From positions 1 through 44,284 of the forward strand of contig JBBCAX010000060.1 in the NCBI GenBank assembly GCA_051382335.1: a stretch of DNA of 44,284 nucleotides, given 5' to 3'. Positions 42,701 through 44,284 of this stretch are shown here, one piece after another; positions within the stretch are counted from its first letter, which is position 1; each line of letters opens with the position of its first letter. The translations under genes were made by a program, and so were the position numbers. This DNA comes from Deltaproteobacteria bacterium TL4. Lineage in GTDB: Bacteria; SAR324; NAC60-12. The notes beneath the pieces were generated by a model. That model saw only the letters and a list, made by a program, of their open reading frames with translations. It did no database searches and was not told the DNA's origin.

Positions 42701-43341
42701 ACGACGGCATTGATGATAACACGGATATCGACGATGACAATGATGGTCTGATTGACACTGTGGAAGCGACCTTGGACACCAACCCCTTTGATGCCGATAC
42801 TGATGGGGATGGCGTTAGTGATCTTGCAGAGTACAATGCCAGTAGTGATCCACTGGATAATAATTCCATCCCGTCTATTGTTCCGGTTCCGGTTCCGGTT
42901 CCGGACACGGGTCAGACAACGTCCTATACGAATACGTTTGGGGAAGATGCGGATTATAGTGAAAATCCCATGTCCTTCACGGACAATGGTAACGGCACCA
43001 TCACCGATAATGTCACCGGACTGCTGTGGCAAAAACAGGATGATGGTGTTGGAAGAGACTGGGATACCGCGAATACTTATTGTGAAGAACTGCCCCTAGC
43101 GGGCTATACCGACTGGAAACTTCCCGCCGTTAGTGAGTTGACGAGTATTGTGAACTATGGTCGTTCCAGTCCCGCCATTAACACGACTTATTTCCCTAGT
43201 ACTTCGTCCGACTATTGGTCGTCCGCGGTCTACGCTAACGGTACCAGCTATGCGTAGGGCGTGGACTTCCACAACGGTAACGTGTACGACTACAATCGGA
43301 GCAGTACGTACTATGTCCGTTGTGTCCGTCATGGATTGTGA
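36768..43341 (+). pseudogene. Giant modular surface/adhesin-like gene (~2190 aa if intact): many carboxypeptidase-regulatory-like beta-sandwich repeats, Ca-binding LxDDG motif, FN3 domains, beta-helix, DxDxDG (TSP3-like) repeats, C-terminal DUF1566/Lcl domain; frameshift near 41592 and TAG at 43255
   Basis: ORFs 36768..41615 and 41617..43257 continue the same beta-helix text (the second frame reads DGGILQNNVVSGG across the junction). PDTGQT, DNGNGTITDNVTGLLWQ, GYTDWKLP...EL, YWSS; after the TAG the frame continues GVDFHNG...YVRCVRHGL-stop. Confidence 0.82.
43204..43341 (+). other. Putative DGR variable repeat (VR2, DUF1566 class)
   Basis: YWSSAVYANGTSYA*GVDFHNGNVYDYNRSSTYYVRCVR. Non-scaffold codons are mostly NNC/NNT. 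Confidence 0.6.
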
Positions 43342-43380
43342 GTGGGTTATTTGGGAATTTGAGTTTTTGGTTATTTTTTT

Positions 43381-43604
43381 TGGAGTGCCAAAGCTTGCTT
43401 TGGCTTTTTGGAGTAATTGGAGTGCCGAAGCTCTTGGAGTACCAAAGCAAGCTTTGGTACTCCAGGAGCTTTGGTACTCCAAAAGCCAAAGCAAGCTTTG
43501 GTACTCCAGGGGTTTTGGTACTCCAAAAGCCAAAGCAAGCTTTGGTACTCCAGGAGCTTGGGTACTCCAGGAGCTTTGGTACTCCAGGGGGTTTGGTACT
43601 CCAG
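43381..43604. repeat. REP array (TGGAG-type) upstream of RAYT
   Basis: TGGAGTGCCAAAGCTTGCTTTGGCT; 14-bp-stem palindrome at 43435-43464; eight GGTACTCCA units spaced 17 or 27 bp apart. Confidence 0.9.
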
Positions 43605-43633
43605 GGGGTGGGATTGAATTGAGGATCATGATT

Positions 43634-43879
43634 ATGGCTAAGACTCGAAAGCATTATCCGACTCATTGGTTCGCGGACCAGAGGCCTTACTTTATCTCAG
43701 GGGCGATTTATCACAAACGCTATTTACTGAAGGACACTTCTTTGAAAACGATGTTGTTGTCCCAGATTCGCCACTATTTCACGGAATATGGCTGGAGTTT
43801 GGAGCATTGGGTTGTTTTGGACAATCACTATCACCTGATGGCAAGGAGTGATCACGGTCAGGATTTACCGGGCTTGGTC
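43634..43879 (+). pseudogene. REP-associated tyrosine transposase (RAYT/Y1 HUH), N-terminal half, truncated by an insertion
   Basis: YFISG...R.LL...WVVLDNHYHLM (HUH motif); flanked by REPs. The catalytic-Tyr half is absent. Confidence 0.85.
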
Positions 43880-44284
43880 GTAAGTTCGGCCACCCTGTCT
43901 AAAAATTAGTAGAAATTTCAACTCAATCAGGAGTAGGGTATTAACAATTTTTAAAAAATCATGTTAACCCTCTCACCCGAATGAACCATGCAATCAGACT
44001 CTAATCTAGGTCGTCCAAAACATGCCTTTTTGACGTGATTTTTTTGCCCACTTTTTGGCACTCTGAATGGAGGTAACCCACAGAAAATAAGGGTTCGTGA
44101 GCCATTCTTGCAGGTCCATTTTTTAAGCAAGCTATTTGGGACGATTTAGACGACCTAACTCTAATCCTTTAGAAGAATCAACATCAAAACGATTTTGGTC
44201 ACGCTCAGAAATCGTAGCCAACGTGATCGATTTTGAACAACGCACCAGAGAATTGAGCCAACGTCAATGGTGCCAAGAAAATGA
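43880..44284 (+). mobile_element. Left end of a putative IS (starts GTAAGTTCGGCCACCCT), with an ORF split by a MITE
   Basis: Removing the MITE and one TSD copy restores MQSDSNPLEESTSKRFWSRSEIVANVIDFEQRTRELSQRQWCQEN from ATG 43988, an HTH-like transposase N-terminus (DUF6399-like by recollection only). Confidence 0.5.
44007..44157. mobile_element. 151-bp MITE with TIR TAGGTCGTC(C/T)AAA and 9-bp TSD ACTCTAATC
   Basis: TIRs match at 12/13 positions; ACTCTAATC at 43998-44006 and 44158-44166. Confidence 0.88.

Noticed and set aside
43255..43257. Amber recoding or readthrough
   Set aside because: bioD and udk end normally in TAG, and the position corresponds to a conserved Trp, so a point mutation is simpler.
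43381..43604. CRISPR array
   Set aside because: Units are 17 or 27 bp apart with no unique spacers and no cas genes; the adjacent RAYT explains them as REPs.
43096..43909. Several overlapping long ORFs, including the 250-aa frame
   Set aside because: Open frames produced by the REP array; only the part from ~43634 is RAYT-like.

Overview
Bacterial chromosomal window, probably from a Gram-negative delta-proteobacterial-like lineage (inferred from gene content only). A housekeeping and signalling backbone carries a 7TMR-DISM hybrid kinase/PP2C, a cNMP-GGDEF cyclase, bioD, udk, a RelA-like synthetase, a Nudix hydrolase, rlmH, a LapA/B-like gene, a PAP2 phosphatase, tatC, a WD40 protein, ilvD, a dihaem cytochrome c, metH, an OM barrel and mutM. 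Three accessory zones interrupt it. (1) 1-2.1 kb: an IS66 end cuts into an Rhs toxin/immunity remnant. (2) 9.7-16.0 kb: a C-terminal fragment of a DGR-type reverse transcriptase, IS remnants and a GC-richer surface lipoprotein ending in an FGE-type C-lectin domain with a variable-repeat-like (VR) tail. (3) 36.5-44.3 kb: a ~2190-aa modular adhesin-like gene ending in a DUF1566 domain with a second VR-like tail, then a REP array with a truncated RAYT, an IS and a MITE nested in each other. The main signal is two DGR-style target genes of different lectin classes, both currently disrupted, with an RT remnant but no template repeat that I could find. This suggests a decayed or trans-acting multi-target diversification system for surface proteins. 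A second signal is short mobile units in which REP hairpins sit inside terminal inverted repeats with target-site duplications. Family assignments come from motif recognition by eye; no searches were run.
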